Below, piece by piece: positions 10,727 to 20,300 of a stretch of DNA of 64,000 bases. Position 1 is the first letter of the stretch. Every line of letters begins with the position of its first letter. This DNA is from a virus: the IMG/VR virus record IMGVR_UViG_3300037258_000125, positions 4,068-68,067 of that record; one strand, 5' to 3'. A program made the translations under genes and the position numbers. The notes beneath the pieces are model-generated. The model saw nothing but the letters and a program-made list of their open reading frames with translations, ran no database searches and was not told the DNA's origin.

Positions 10727-10747
10727 GTGGGGAGCTAGTCTCCCCAC
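10727..10747 (+). terminator. Hairpin, possible terminator
   Basis: GTGGGGAG-CTAGT-CTCCCCAC; weak U-tract. Confidence 0.4.
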
Positions 10748-10779
10748 ACTTCCATCTCAACCTTATTCGGGAGGCTAAT

Positions 10780-11157
10780 TTGACACAAGCTCATCGAATC
10801 GCTGAACTGATCGCTGTACTCGTTGCGATTCTCGCCGTGTACTACATTTGGGTGCGTCCGTATCTCAAGTCGCTCCCTGCACTCAATGATCTCTGGACTT
10901 TCGAACACGGGTACTGGGGAGCATTCAAAGCATGGCTCGACGGTCGTAAGACTGTTCTCGTAGGTCTATGGGGAACAGTCATCGCCTTCGCTCCAGACTT
11001 TCTCCAACAGGCATCTGGGTTCGATCTGAAGACCCTTCTCGGGCTTCCTGATCAATGGGCTGCTTGGGTTACTGCTTTCATTCCTGTCATCATGCTAGTC
11101 ATGAGGACAAAAGCTACAGCTAAGACTGTAGAACAGCCGACCCAAGGAGGTACGTGA
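10780..11157 (+). CDS. Holin-like membrane protein
   Basis: Three hydrophobic segments, LDGRKT motif, TTG start with RBS GGGAGG. Confidence 0.6.
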   Translation: MTQAHRIAELIAVLVAILAVYYIWVRPYLKSLPALNDLWTFEHGYWGAFKAWLDGRKTVLVGLWGTVIAFAPDFLQQASGFDLKTLLGLPDQWAAWVTAFIPVIMLVMRTKATAKTVEQPTQGGT

Positions 11158-11615
11158 TGATATCCTTCCTGCTAGGACTAGTCGGTTTCATTCCGGGGCT
11201 AATGACTCTGGTCTCGACCATTACCACTAAAGCCTTCGACATGAAGGTGAACTTGGTAAAGGCTCGTATTGGTGGTGATACCGCCGCTGCTAAAGCTTTG
11301 GTGACTGCATCAGCTACAGCCGAACATGAATCTAGTGCTCGGTTCACTGCCTTACTAGATCATCCGCTAACAATGTGGTTGATTGTAGCATTCGCAACAC
11401 CACTCGCCTTGTTCGTATGGAAAGTGGTTGTCGTAGACATTATCATTGGGCCAGGATGTATCTGGTTCACTCATGCATGCTGGGTTGGATCTACAGATCC
11501 AATCAAAGGCCAAGTTGCTGATTGGGCTACAAGCATCATCTACTGCTTGTTCGGATCGTCATCTGTTCTCGCTGCCGGTAAGATGTACTTCGGGAGGGAT
11601 AAAACCGGCGAGTGA
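11154..11615 (+). CDS. Holin-like (3TM) membrane protein
   Basis: Multi-TM ORF ending the lysis cassette. Confidence 0.6.
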   Translation: MMISFLLGLVGFIPGLMTLVSTITTKAFDMKVNLVKARIGGDTAAAKALVTASATAEHESSARFTALLDHPLTMWLIVAFATPLALFVWKVVVVDIIIGPGCIWFTHACWVGSTDPIKGQVADWATSIIYCLFGSSSVLAAGKMYFGRDKTGE

Positions 11616-11651
11616 GTTAGGCTGGGCCAGTAAGACGTTCTGGCTTGGTCG

Positions 11652-11692
11652 GCGGAGAGGGAGTTGTGCCTCCCGGGGCTATCCCTCTCCGC
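11652..11692. terminator. GC-rich hairpin where the two genome arms converge (probable bidirectional terminator)
   Basis: GCGGAGAGGGA...TCCCTCTCCGC followed by TTTAT. Confidence 0.65.
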
Positions 11693-11693
11693 T

Positions 11694-11906
11694 TTATCTC
11701 TCTAGCCTTGACCATATTAGGCCTATCGGGATTGTGACAGGCCAAGCAGTAATCAATATAGCTAAAACCAAATCGAAGAACCATCTTGGCCATTCTCGAA
11801 CTGGCGGTACATTTGAATCGTCTAGCCGGTGAGCAAGAAATGCTACCATCATCACATAGGCGATGAACCAGAAATTTATGTACCCGAAGGATACTATGTC
11901 CTTCAT
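11694..11906 (-). CDS. Small 2-TM membrane protein
   Basis: 70 aa hydrophobic ORF coupled by an ATGA overlap to the dcd stop. Confidence 0.6.
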   Translation of the reverse strand: MKDIVSFGYINFWFIAYVMMVAFLAHRLDDSNVPPVREWPRWFFDLVLAILITAWPVTIPIGLIWSRLER

Positions 11907-12433
11907 TCGAATTTCGCTTCCTGCGGTCCAGCCTTCTGATCCTGGTACTTCCCTTCATAAGGCATTTCCGTAGGCTCATCCAGCTTATGAAAGATGATTT
12001 GAGCAATTCCTGTACCCTTAGGTACGTCAATTATACCTTGCCCATGGAACCCAAGTTCCAGTGTAAGATATCCACACCAACCAGGTTCGATCACAGTGTT
12101 GTGGACACAGAGGCCTTTACGTATCCAGGTTGACTTATCATGAACGATGCCACACCAATCGAGTGGCATATCAAATCGTTCAAGAGATGCTGCGAGCAGA
12201 AAGTCTTGTGACCACATCCTGATATCTTCCGAAACCCTGATGTCGTATCCACAATGGGATAGTCCATAGGATACACCATTGAACTTGGTCTTCAATGCGA
12301 ATGGTTCAATCATCCGATGGACGGGTGTGCTCAACTGTGAAGGTCCCGTCTTATAATGGGACGAAACAGGTTCAGGATAATGGAACCCTCGAATGCATAA
12401 CTTGTGAATTGTCTGTGCTGACGCTATCGTCAT
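11903..12433 (-). CDS. dcd: dCTP deaminase
   Basis: SYGLSHCGYDIR, DKSTWIRKG, IEPGWCGYLTLEL, IAQIIF, YEGKYQDQ. Confidence 0.88.
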   Translation of the reverse strand: MTIASAQTIHKLCIRGFHYPEPVSSHYKTGPSQLSTPVHRMIEPFALKTKFNGVSYGLSHCGYDIRVSEDIRMWSQDFLLAASLERFDMPLDWCGIVHDKSTWIRKGLCVHNTVIEPGWCGYLTLELGFHGQGIIDVPKGTGIAQIIFHKLDEPTEMPYEGKYQDQKAGPQEAKFE

Positions 12434-12666
12434 GGTTTCATCCTTCGATCTTCTGCCAACGCATCAACGAACCCGCATACGGCTAAGACACTGCCATATT
12501 TCGGGTCGTTAAGTACATCCCTAAAGAGCTTACCCGTCTTATAGAGTTCTACACCATTACTGTAGAAATCAGGTCTATCGGGTAAGGGCGAGGAACTCTG
12601 CGCGAAGGGGAGCCTTGCGCATAAAGCGTCCCGACATCTTCGAAGTAACTGTCTTAGAGTTCTCAT
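12430..12666 (-). CDS. Hypothetical protein overlapping the folE 3' end
   Basis: RBS GAGGGGAG before ATG; stop coupled to the dcd start; 92-nt overlap with folE. Confidence 0.4.
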   Translation of the reverse strand: MRTLRQLLRRCRDALCARLPFAQSSSPLPDRPDFYSNGVELYKTGKLFRDVLNDPKYGSVLAVCGFVDALAEDRRMKP

Positions 12667-13219
12667 CTTTAACTCCCCTCAAATGGACGCAGTAGTGGGT
12701 TGCTTGAATGACCACTGCGACGTCTGGTGTTCCAAGTATGAACTGAAGTGCTGCAGAGATCTGAGCTGTCAATCTCTCTTGCACCTGTGGACGGCGACTA
12801 AAGAAGTCGGTCACCCGATTGAATTTAGATAGCCCCAAAACTTTGGTCTTTGGGATATACGCAATATGCGCAGACCCAATAAACGGAACAAGATGATGCT
12901 CACACATCGACTTGACGGAGCATGATACAGCGATCATCTCGTCGTACTTCATCTTGTTCTCGATCGTTGTCATCTTCGGAAAGTTGTCATAGTTCAATCC
13001 CCAGAAGACTTCCTGTGTGTACATCTTGGCGACTCTCGCTGGTGTATCCTTGAGCGAGTCATCAGTCAAATCAAGCCCAAGCTGTTTCAATGCAGCTTCA
13101 ATCTGCTTTTCAATGTTCCAAGCAGCTCCTGATCTAGGGGTATTCATTGGTGTCTCAAGCCCCAGACGTTTAAGCTGGAGGTGTACACGCAATCCGAGCC
13201 CATTCTCTATCTTCGGCAT
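12575..13219 (-). CDS. folE: GTP cyclohydrolase I
   Basis: DTPARVAKMY, SMCEHHLVPF, GLSKFNR, RRPQVQERLT, HYCVHLRG; start set at MPKIEN. Confidence 0.96.
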   Translation of the reverse strand: MPKIENGLGLRVHLQLKRLGLETPMNTPRSGAAWNIEKQIEAALKQLGLDLTDDSLKDTPARVAKMYTQEVFWGLNYDNFPKMTTIENKMKYDEMIAVSCSVKSMCEHHLVPFIGSAHIAYIPKTKVLGLSKFNRVTDFFSRRPQVQERLTAQISAALQFILGTPDVAVVIQATHYCVHLRGVKDENSKTVTSKMSGRFMRKAPLRAEFLALTR

Positions 13220-13379
13220 CTTCTCTTTCCTTTTTACGTCGCCTTGCATTTCGGCGGTTGATTTTAGCCCGTTCCGGATTTGCGTAGTACCAAGCGAGCG
13301 CCCTAGTACGGCGACTGGACACCAAGCGCTTACGATGTTTAATCCACCAGGACTTGTAATATGATGTCCTATCTGGCAT
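13170..13379 (-). CDS. Arg/Lys-rich basic peptide (69 aa)
   Basis: WYYANPERAKINRRNARRRKKERE; no clear SD; start codon lies in the adjacent RNA stem. Confidence 0.5.
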   Translation of the reverse strand: MPDRTSYYKSWWIKHRKRLVSSRRTRALAWYYANPERAKINRRNARRRKKEREDAEDREWARIACTPPA

Positions 13380-13525
13380 AAGGGTGGGGCTCACTTAGAC
13401 TGTAGCGTATGTACGCCGCTCTTGCCTTTGATAGAGATTGAACGCTACCCTGTTCTAGTTCAGGACGTTCCCTATCGCATTTGACCTGAGCTCATGCTGC
13501 CTAAGAGGCCCCATAACCTTATTGC
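13376..13525 (-). ncRNA. Candidate structured cis-regulatory RNA (three-way junction with kissing loop)
   Basis: P1 UGGGGC/GCCCCA + CUUAGGC/GUCUAAG; P2 UCAGG/CCUGA; P3 GUAGCGU/ACGCUAC; loops GAUAGGGA and UCUCUAUC complementary. Confidence 0.65.
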
Positions 13526-13803
13526 GCCTTCAGAAGCTCCGCACGCTCGATAGCATGATTGAGCCACCAAGCAGCCTTCTTGAGATCCTCGATCAGGCGT
13601 CCCTTGAATGGCGCACGCCATAGATACGTCAATGCAGTACCTACGGCTGCACCGACGCTCCCGTTCCTGTACGAGTCAGCAAGGATATCGACGACTTGAA
13701 TCGTTTCGATTCCTGCTTGATTGTAGTGCGACGGATGATCTACTGGGTCACCCACATTGACCGTGATCTTCGCCTTACGTGTGTACTTCCGCTTCTTTGC
13801 CAT
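13519..13803 (-). CDS. DUF3310 / T7 gp1.7-like putative nucleotide kinase
   Basis: DPVDHPSHY...IETI...YLWRA..KG..EDLKKAAWWL. Confidence 0.85.
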   Translation of the reverse strand: MAKKRKYTRKAKITVNVGDPVDHPSHYNQAGIETIQVVDILADSYRNGSVGAAVGTALTYLWRAPFKGRLIEDLKKAAWWLNHAIERAELLKAQ

Positions 13804-13846
13804 AATGGCCTCCCGATTAGACTAGATACGCCCTAGTCAATGCGAC

Positions 13847-14065
13847 TTAGTTACCTGTGATCTCAAGACGAATGCGATGCTTAGCTTGGTCGAGTAACTC
13901 TGTCAACATACGCATCTCTGTGGTTGTGAATACGTTGTTGAGCGCTTCTGAACACCTACTCTCCTGAATCGATTCCAGAGTATGATGAATCGATCCTAAG
14001 CGTCCCAACAACCAATGAGCTGCTTGGAGCCTTGTGATCCTTTGCGGTTTACGGATTGGAGGCAT
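13847..14065 (-). CDS. Hypothetical protein
   Basis: ORF from MPPIRK immediately after the RNR stop. Confidence 0.55.
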   Translation of the reverse strand: MPPIRKPQRITRLQAAHWLLGRLGSIHHTLESIQESRCSEALNNVFTTTEMRMLTELLDQAKHRIRLEITGN

Positions 14066-14070
14066 ATCAT

Positions 14071-16428
14071 TTACCCGCAATCCGAGTGGCCACAACTGGA
14101 ACATGTCTTACATCCCTCTTTACGGATCAGAGTCAGAGAATGACATTGGGGACACATCTCCGCAGATGGCAGGACCGCTTGTGCTGTTTCCGAGACGCTC
14201 TGCGATTGACGAGTGCTCAAGATATCAGCGAGATGAGCTCCGAGGTATGCAACAATGGAGCCATAGCGTTTTGGTTGCGTATCGTTGGGTCCTTTCACGA
14301 ATGCAGTGTCATGCAAACTCTGCACTTCTTGCAGCTCTTTGGCAATGAAGCCTGCATTACCCTTCGTTTGCCTTAATAGAGCCGTAAGCATAAGGGACGT
14401 AGACATAATCCATTCGTGCGATCTTGCATCCTTAGAATGGATGAAGACTTCGAACGGATTGCCTAAGGCATCGAAATTGACGGTGAGGTAGAGAGATGAA
14501 CCAAGTGTTGGCCACTTGATCTTCCGTGTGATACCGAATAGTTGATCTGGTCTTGTAAGGGGCATGTTGTCTTTAGGTGCATCGGCAGCTGCGAGAAGTA
14601 TAGATCCTCGTACATCTGAAGGGCGATAGGTAGTGCAACCTTTACAGCCGAGCGTGTACGCAAGGTCGTAGACTTTGACGAACCCTTCATAGGATGTATC
14701 CTTCGCAACATTGACCGTCTTCGTGACGCTAGCATCGATCCAGTTTTGGACTGCAGCTAGCATCGTAACATGATCTTCGATCGTAAGATCGTCGACTGTT
14801 ACAAAGTAGCCAGGGAGTCCGGTTGTAGCACTACGTAGAATTGCTCCGAGGCTGTTCTGCATACAGTGTGCATAGAATCTGGAGCTGAAGCTCTGCGTGT
14901 CCATGATCTCTGGCTCACCTTCATTCCGACGAACCTTACGCTTGTATGTATGAGCGAATACAGGTTCAATGCCAGAAGAGATATCGCCGTAGAAGATGGA
15001 TGTAGTCCCCGTAGGTGCTACAGTTAGAAGCACACCATTACGGATACCATATTGTTGCAGTTCTGCAAGCACGACGTGATCAAGTTTACGTCCCGCGAAA
15101 CCTCCTTGAAATTCGGCTGTCTTAAATAGCGGAAATGATCCGCGTTCTCTTGCAAGGTTGATTGATGTTTCGTATGCCGCTTGACAGATCGTATAGAAGA
15201 TCTTGTCGGTTACCTCTCGTGCAGCAGGTGACCCATATCTCAATCCCAACTGAGCAAGAGCATCAGCAAGACCAGAAACACCAAGTCCGATTCTACGCTT
15301 GGCAAGTTCTTCCTCCTGTTGTGCTTTGAGCGGGTACTTTGTCTGTTCGATTACGTTGTCCAGGAAGCGAACACCTAATGCCGCAAGCTCTCCAAGGAGC
15401 TCGTAATCGAACGTAGCTGTTTCCTCGTATGGTGTGCGAACAAGTCGTGCGAGATTGATTGCACCGAGATTGCAAGTTCCATTAGGTGGAAGAGGCTGCT
15501 CACCACAAGGATTCGTGCACTGGATGTCTTCGCAGTACTTGAGATTGTTCAGATCATTGACACGATCAATGAAGATCACACCCGGTTCAGAGAACTCGTA
15601 TGTGTTCTTAGTAATGAGTGCCCAGAGATCCTTTGCCTTATGCACAGAATATGCATACTGCTTCTCGTGAGTCTCGTCATCGGTAAAGTCATATTCCTCT
15701 AGCGACGCTTCACGCTCAGCGGGAGGAACATTGAAGTACAATACCCATTCTTCGTTCTCACGCACAGCTTCCATGAAAGCGTCAGAGATAAGGACACTCA
15801 CGTTGAAGTTCGTGAGTCTATCCTTAGTCTGCTTGGCTTTAATGAATGCGGGGAGATCAGGATGAGTATCACAGAGTGTCCCCATCATAGCACCACGACG
15901 ATGACCTGCAGACATCACAGTGTCAGAGGTTGAGTCCCACATGTCCATGAAAGGTAATGGACCGGATGCTCTGGACCCGACCCCCCTCACCTCGGCGCCC
16001 TGTGGTCGTAGTGTAGAAAAATTTGTGCCCATACCACCACCTGCTTGTAGTGTGATGGCATTGTCTTTGTTCGCATCCATGATGGATTGCATTGAATCTT
16101 CCATCGTGCGATTCACGTAACAGTTCATCAATGTTACGTTCTTGGACGTTCCTGCACCTGCGAGAATGCGCCCACCCGGCATCCAGAGCCCCGCAGTCAT
16201 TGCATGATAACAAGCTGCTGCGAAGTCGTCATTATCTTCCCCGCAGATAGCTTTTGCTACCCGCCAGAACGTTTCTCCTGGATTCTTCTCATCCTTGTAT
16301 CGGTACTTGTCGTGCCAGATCGTCAATGACAATGGATGGTCGAAGAGTGGGAAAGACTGATGCTTCGGGTCCAGACGTCCTGTGAACCCGTTCTTTGCGA
16401 GCTTAGAAACCGATGTAGCTATGGTCAT
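14071..16428 (-). CDS. nrdJ: Class II (adenosylcobalamin-dependent) ribonucleotide reductase
   Basis: PGGRILAGAG, NCYV, TNPCGEQPL..CNLGAIN, VAPTGTTS, C-terminal TSCPD-like region and CPQC..EGCKTCSSCG; no NrdB seen. Confidence 0.92.
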   Translation of the reverse strand: MTIATSVSKLAKNGFTGRLDPKHQSFPLFDHPLSLTIWHDKYRYKDEKNPGETFWRVAKAICGEDNDDFAAACYHAMTAGLWMPGGRILAGAGTSKNVTLMNCYVNRTMEDSMQSIMDANKDNAITLQAGGGMGTNFSTLRPQGAEVRGVGSRASGPLPFMDMWDSTSDTVMSAGHRRGAMMGTLCDTHPDLPAFIKAKQTKDRLTNFNVSVLISDAFMEAVRENEEWVLYFNVPPAEREASLEEYDFTDDETHEKQYAYSVHKAKDLWALITKNTYEFSEPGVIFIDRVNDLNNLKYCEDIQCTNPCGEQPLPPNGTCNLGAINLARLVRTPYEETATFDYELLGELAALGVRFLDNVIEQTKYPLKAQQEEELAKRRIGLGVSGLADALAQLGLRYGSPAAREVTDKIFYTICQAAYETSINLARERGSFPLFKTAEFQGGFAGRKLDHVVLAELQQYGIRNGVLLTVAPTGTTSIFYGDISSGIEPVFAHTYKRKVRRNEGEPEIMDTQSFSSRFYAHCMQNSLGAILRSATTGLPGYFVTVDDLTIEDHVTMLAAVQNWIDASVTKTVNVAKDTSYEGFVKVYDLAYTLGCKGCTTYRPSDVRGSILLAAADAPKDNMPLTRPDQLFGITRKIKWPTLGSSLYLTVNFDALGNPFEVFIHSKDARSHEWIMSTSLMLTALLRQTKGNAGFIAKELQEVQSLHDTAFVKGPNDTQPKRYGSIVAYLGAHLADILSTRQSQSVSETAQAVLPSAEMCPQCHSLTLIRKEGCKTCSSCGHSDCG

Positions 16429-16442
16429 GATACCCCTTACCC

Positions 16443-16694
16443 CTAGATGGCAGTCTTTTTCAGCTGCACGATGTTGTTGGGAACTTTCGATGTCTTACGT
16501 CTCTTTCCTCTTCCTTGGATGAGACGATCGTTGAGCTTTATGAAATCGTTTCGTAGGCGTCGATTTGGGCCTAGGTTGTCGATTCCTTCTCCTACCGCTT
16601 GTATCGCGTCATGCATTGACATTGTCTTACCGACGCCTGCGTAAAATAATGCACTGAGTTTCCAGTACTGTTTTGTTCGTTCTTCCAGGTTCAT
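16443..16694 (-). CDS. Hypothetical protein
   Basis: 83 aa, first gene after a promoter, RBS AAGGGG. Confidence 0.6.
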   Translation of the reverse strand: MNLEERTKQYWKLSALFYAGVGKTMSMHDAIQAVGEGIDNLGPNRRLRNDFIKLNDRLIQGRGKRRKTSKVPNNIVQLKKTAI

Positions 16695-16720
16695 TGACGC
16701 CCCTTATGAGTGCATTTTTT

Positions 16721-16766
16721 ATTATACAACATTCCGATGAAGATAGCAAGAGTCCAAATTATGGTA
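16721..16766 (-). promoter_or_regulatory. sigma70-like promoter with conserved upstream box
   Basis: TACCATAATTTGGACTC-TTGCTA-N17-TATAAT. Confidence 0.8.
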
Positions 16767-16771
16767 AGACC

Positions 16772-17140
16772 TTACCGCTTCAAGATTTCCTCAAACTCCT
16801 TCGTGAACTGTACATTTAACGGAGCATCTCGGAACATTGGTGCGATCTCTTGTGGTTTATATCCAGCAAGTCCGCAACCCACCGAGACTACTTGAAAGTA
16901 TAATTCTGGATGTTCCCTTGCATAGAGTAGGAATGTAGCAATGAAAGGTCTGATGCGATGTAGCGGAAGAACAAAGAGTGCAGAATCTTTAGTCGGGATT
17001 GCATATGCTTTTCCTGTACGACCCCAACCAATACCGTATTGAGCACCCCATTTATCAACAGCTTCTTTCGCAGAACCACGCCCATGACGCCCCGCAAGGT
17101 TAGAACCAAACACAAAGATGGTTTCTCGCTCTTCAGTCAT
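16772..17140 (-). CDS. Macrodomain-like phage protein (A1S_2505-like family)
   Basis: IFVFGSNLAGRHGRGSA...YAIPTK...VGCGLAG. Confidence 0.75.
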   Translation of the reverse strand: MTEERETIFVFGSNLAGRHGRGSAKEAVDKWGAQYGIGWGRTGKAYAIPTKDSALFVLPLHRIRPFIATFLLYAREHPELYFQVVSVGCGLAGYKPQEIAPMFRDAPLNVQFTKEFEEILKR

Positions 17141-17337
17141 ATCATGTTCATCGTCATCATGAGTGCTTGATCTTTAGTGAATCCTTCTTTTTCGAGATCT
17201 AGGAAGTATTTGCGTTTGACCCTTGCTATGATTGTAAAGTACTCTGACATTTCGGTTTCAGTACGCTTAAGCTTTTCAAGCGCAGCTTTGAAATCGTCTT
17301 TTGGGTCAAGGGTGACTAGTGTTGGTTTATCAGTCAT
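17137..17337 (-). CDS. Hypothetical protein
   Basis: 66 aa, coupled on both sides; EGFTKDQAL motif. Confidence 0.65.
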   Translation of the reverse strand: MTDKPTLVTLDPKDDFKAALEKLKRTETEMSEYFTIIARVKRKYFLDLEKEGFTKDQALMMTMNMI

Positions 17338-20300
17338 GCTGCTTGACTCCAGTCATATTTGTGAAGGTCTGTTAGGTTGCCCCAACGTTTGCCGAGCTTA
17401 GCGTCACCGATGATTGGGATCTTTCTGATGCCCCACACCTTCGCTGTCTCAGAGATCCTAGCAGTAGTCTCGGCAGCGATATCTTCGATCAGTGGTTGAT
17501 CATTAGGCACTTCATACAGGATCGAGTCATACACTGTATTGACGATATCCACGTTATGCTTTGCTACACGAGGCTGCATCTGCATTCCAACATGCATCAC
17601 GATATCGCTGACGATACTCTGCATGAAGAAGTTACATGCTTCATTCTGGATATCGTTTAGCCGTTCGAAGCTCACAACACCGAGACGCTTCTTCCGTCCA
17701 AAGGATGTTACGAGAGTCTTACCTAGGGTAACGGACTCACGAATCTTCAATAGGAATTGTCTGGCGCCAGGATATCTTTTGTACCAACCTTCTAAATATA
17801 CCTGAGCGACTTCAGGTGTGTCATCGATCTGATCTGCAAGACCGAATGCAGAGATGCCGTATGGGATACCGAAGTTTACGTTCTTCGCACGCATCTTCTG
17901 TTCAGCACGTAATCTTGAAGGATCTGAGAATACGTTGAACTTGAGCTCTTGCTTACTCAGGAACTCTGGTGTATAGTCTTTGATCGTCCCAAAGATAGCG
18001 TCGCATGTAACATCGTGGACAGACATACCTTTGGTGGTATAGATCTTAGAAAGGGTTTCATCGCCGCTGAGCTCTGCTAAAATCCTGAGCTCCGCTTGGT
18101 TAGCATCCGACTCAAGATAGAGCTTCCCATCTCTGGCTTTGAACTGACCCTTGAGCTTTGGATCACGAGGGATATTGAGGAGGTTGGGGTCTTCTGATGC
18201 GAGGCGCCCAGTACCTGTTCCATGTATCTTGTAGGTAGTATGGACTCCCCCGTCTGTATTGATCCAACCTGTAACGTGTTTGCCTTTGGAGTCTTCGTGG
18301 TCGAGTGCCGGAACAACATATGTCGAACGCGCCTTTTGAACCTTGCGATTCTTCCGTAGTGCGATGACAACTGGATTTGTCGCAGGTAACTTTTCCAAGG
18401 TTTTGACATCTGTGCTCGTTGGCCTCTTCCCTTTGATCGTCAGCTTCATTACGTCATACAGTAGAGTCGAGAGCTGGGCGGGAGAGTTCGCATTGATCTC
18501 TGTATGCCCATATTCCAGGCTATACTTATTGATCTCTCCGGTATACTTTGTAATCTCAGCCTGGAGAGTCTTATCATTCTCTTGCACTTGAGCAACATCG
18601 AGCTCCATACCCTTCATCTCAATCTTAGTCAGGTAGGCTGACATCGGTATGAGTGTCTTAGTATAGAGCTTTTCGCTGTGCGGATCAGATTTGACTGAGT
18701 TGCGAATGTGCGGGAAGACTTGTTTCGTAGCAGAAATATCTCTACCGGTATAGTCATAAAGAACTGGTAATGGAATATCAGCATAGGTAATATTGTACCC
18801 CTTTGGGTACTTTGATGGATCAAGATAAGGCTTGATCATATATTTCCAATCAGGGGCTCCTAAATAGTCGGAAGCTACTGATTCAAGGTCGTGGATCCCT
18901 TTGGTTGTGTCTAAGCAGTTATGAGACTTATATCCTTCGGCTATGAGTGTCCTTGTTTCAGTCTCGATCCCAATAACTTCTCCCATTCCAAGAAATTCGG
19001 CCGAAACGATTTTAACGGGCGTACATTTTCTATTACCTCTCCAAACACGTTCAGCTTTCTCTAACAGTCTTACAGGTCTAAATGTTCCAAGGGCTCGAAG
19101 GCCTTCTTTATATCCTCGGAAACTAACTTTAGCGGAGCTTTTATAGGGGTACTTGTAATAGTTGGTGTCAAATCCCTTTAGCTTAAGATATTCGAGGGTT
19201 TGGTCAAGTACCTTTCCTGGGTTCTGTGCAAAACTAAGATCCCAATTGGAATCACCATTTTCTCCTGTCCAACCCGAATTAAGAGTGCCTTCTCCATCAA
19301 GAATTCCAGATATGTACCCTCCGATACGAGTATCGTCGACTTCCCAAGGAGCGGCAAAGAAGAAGAGTTCAGCTTGTTTTCCGCTCATAACAAGCTGCGC
19401 AAGCTTTTCCGTTGTAATCCATCGTGCCCATCTCTGTCCATAAATTCGTGCAGCCCACATATGTCTGTCGCTACTAATTACTTCACCCTTCTCAGTGGAA
19501 AGTTTATACCTGGGGGCAAGTAGCCGTTTTAGAGCTAGAACTTTCGATGGCTTAAAGTTACCTCCTGGCGGTTTACCGTTAGCCCATCTCGAAGAGGTTC
19601 CCTGGTTCCCATCAACAGCATCTTTCTTATACTCATCAAATCCAATAAGTTGATCCCCAATGTTCACTTCAGCGATTCGTGTCCAGGTAAGATCAGTCTT
19701 TAGAACGCGTGTTTCCGGTGAAAGACAGTAGGACATGAGCATTGTGTCTTCGTCGACGCGGACATTATCCACTCCGGCTTGAATGAAGAACTTTGCGTCA
19801 AACTTACCGTTATGCCACACAAAACGACAGCGAGAGTCAAATAGACTACGAGTCGCGCGTGTAAGCTCAGACGGAACGATATAAACAAGAGCTGGATCAA
19901 CGCAGAACCCAGAGCACAGAATATGATCGCGAAGAAAATCAAACCCGGAAAATCCACCAGTCTCTGTATCAGCGGCTGCGACAACATCTGGATCATCCCA
20001 TTGTTTGGCGAGGTTGAGGATCTCTTCTTCGCTGGATATGACTTTGAACTTGGGGACAATGTATTGGCGATAGTCCCTAAGACCCTTCGCAAGTTGGCAT
20101 GCATAATCCACATCAGCCATAAACTGCGATAGGCTACCAAAGCCTCGCATAAGGTATGAAGGATGAACTGCAGCAACAATACCTCTGGCTGCGATATCAG
20201 ACGGAAAGACTTGCCCCCGTACTTGTGTAATTTTGAGCCCAAAGTTGTTGGTCACACTCCATAGAGCACCAGCACCCAGAGCTAGTATGATCTGATGCGG

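Noticed and set aside
13455-13490. AUAGGGAA resembling a cobalamin riboswitch (phage has NrdJ)
   Set aside because: No B12-box or other conserved elements, and it lies downstream of nrdJ
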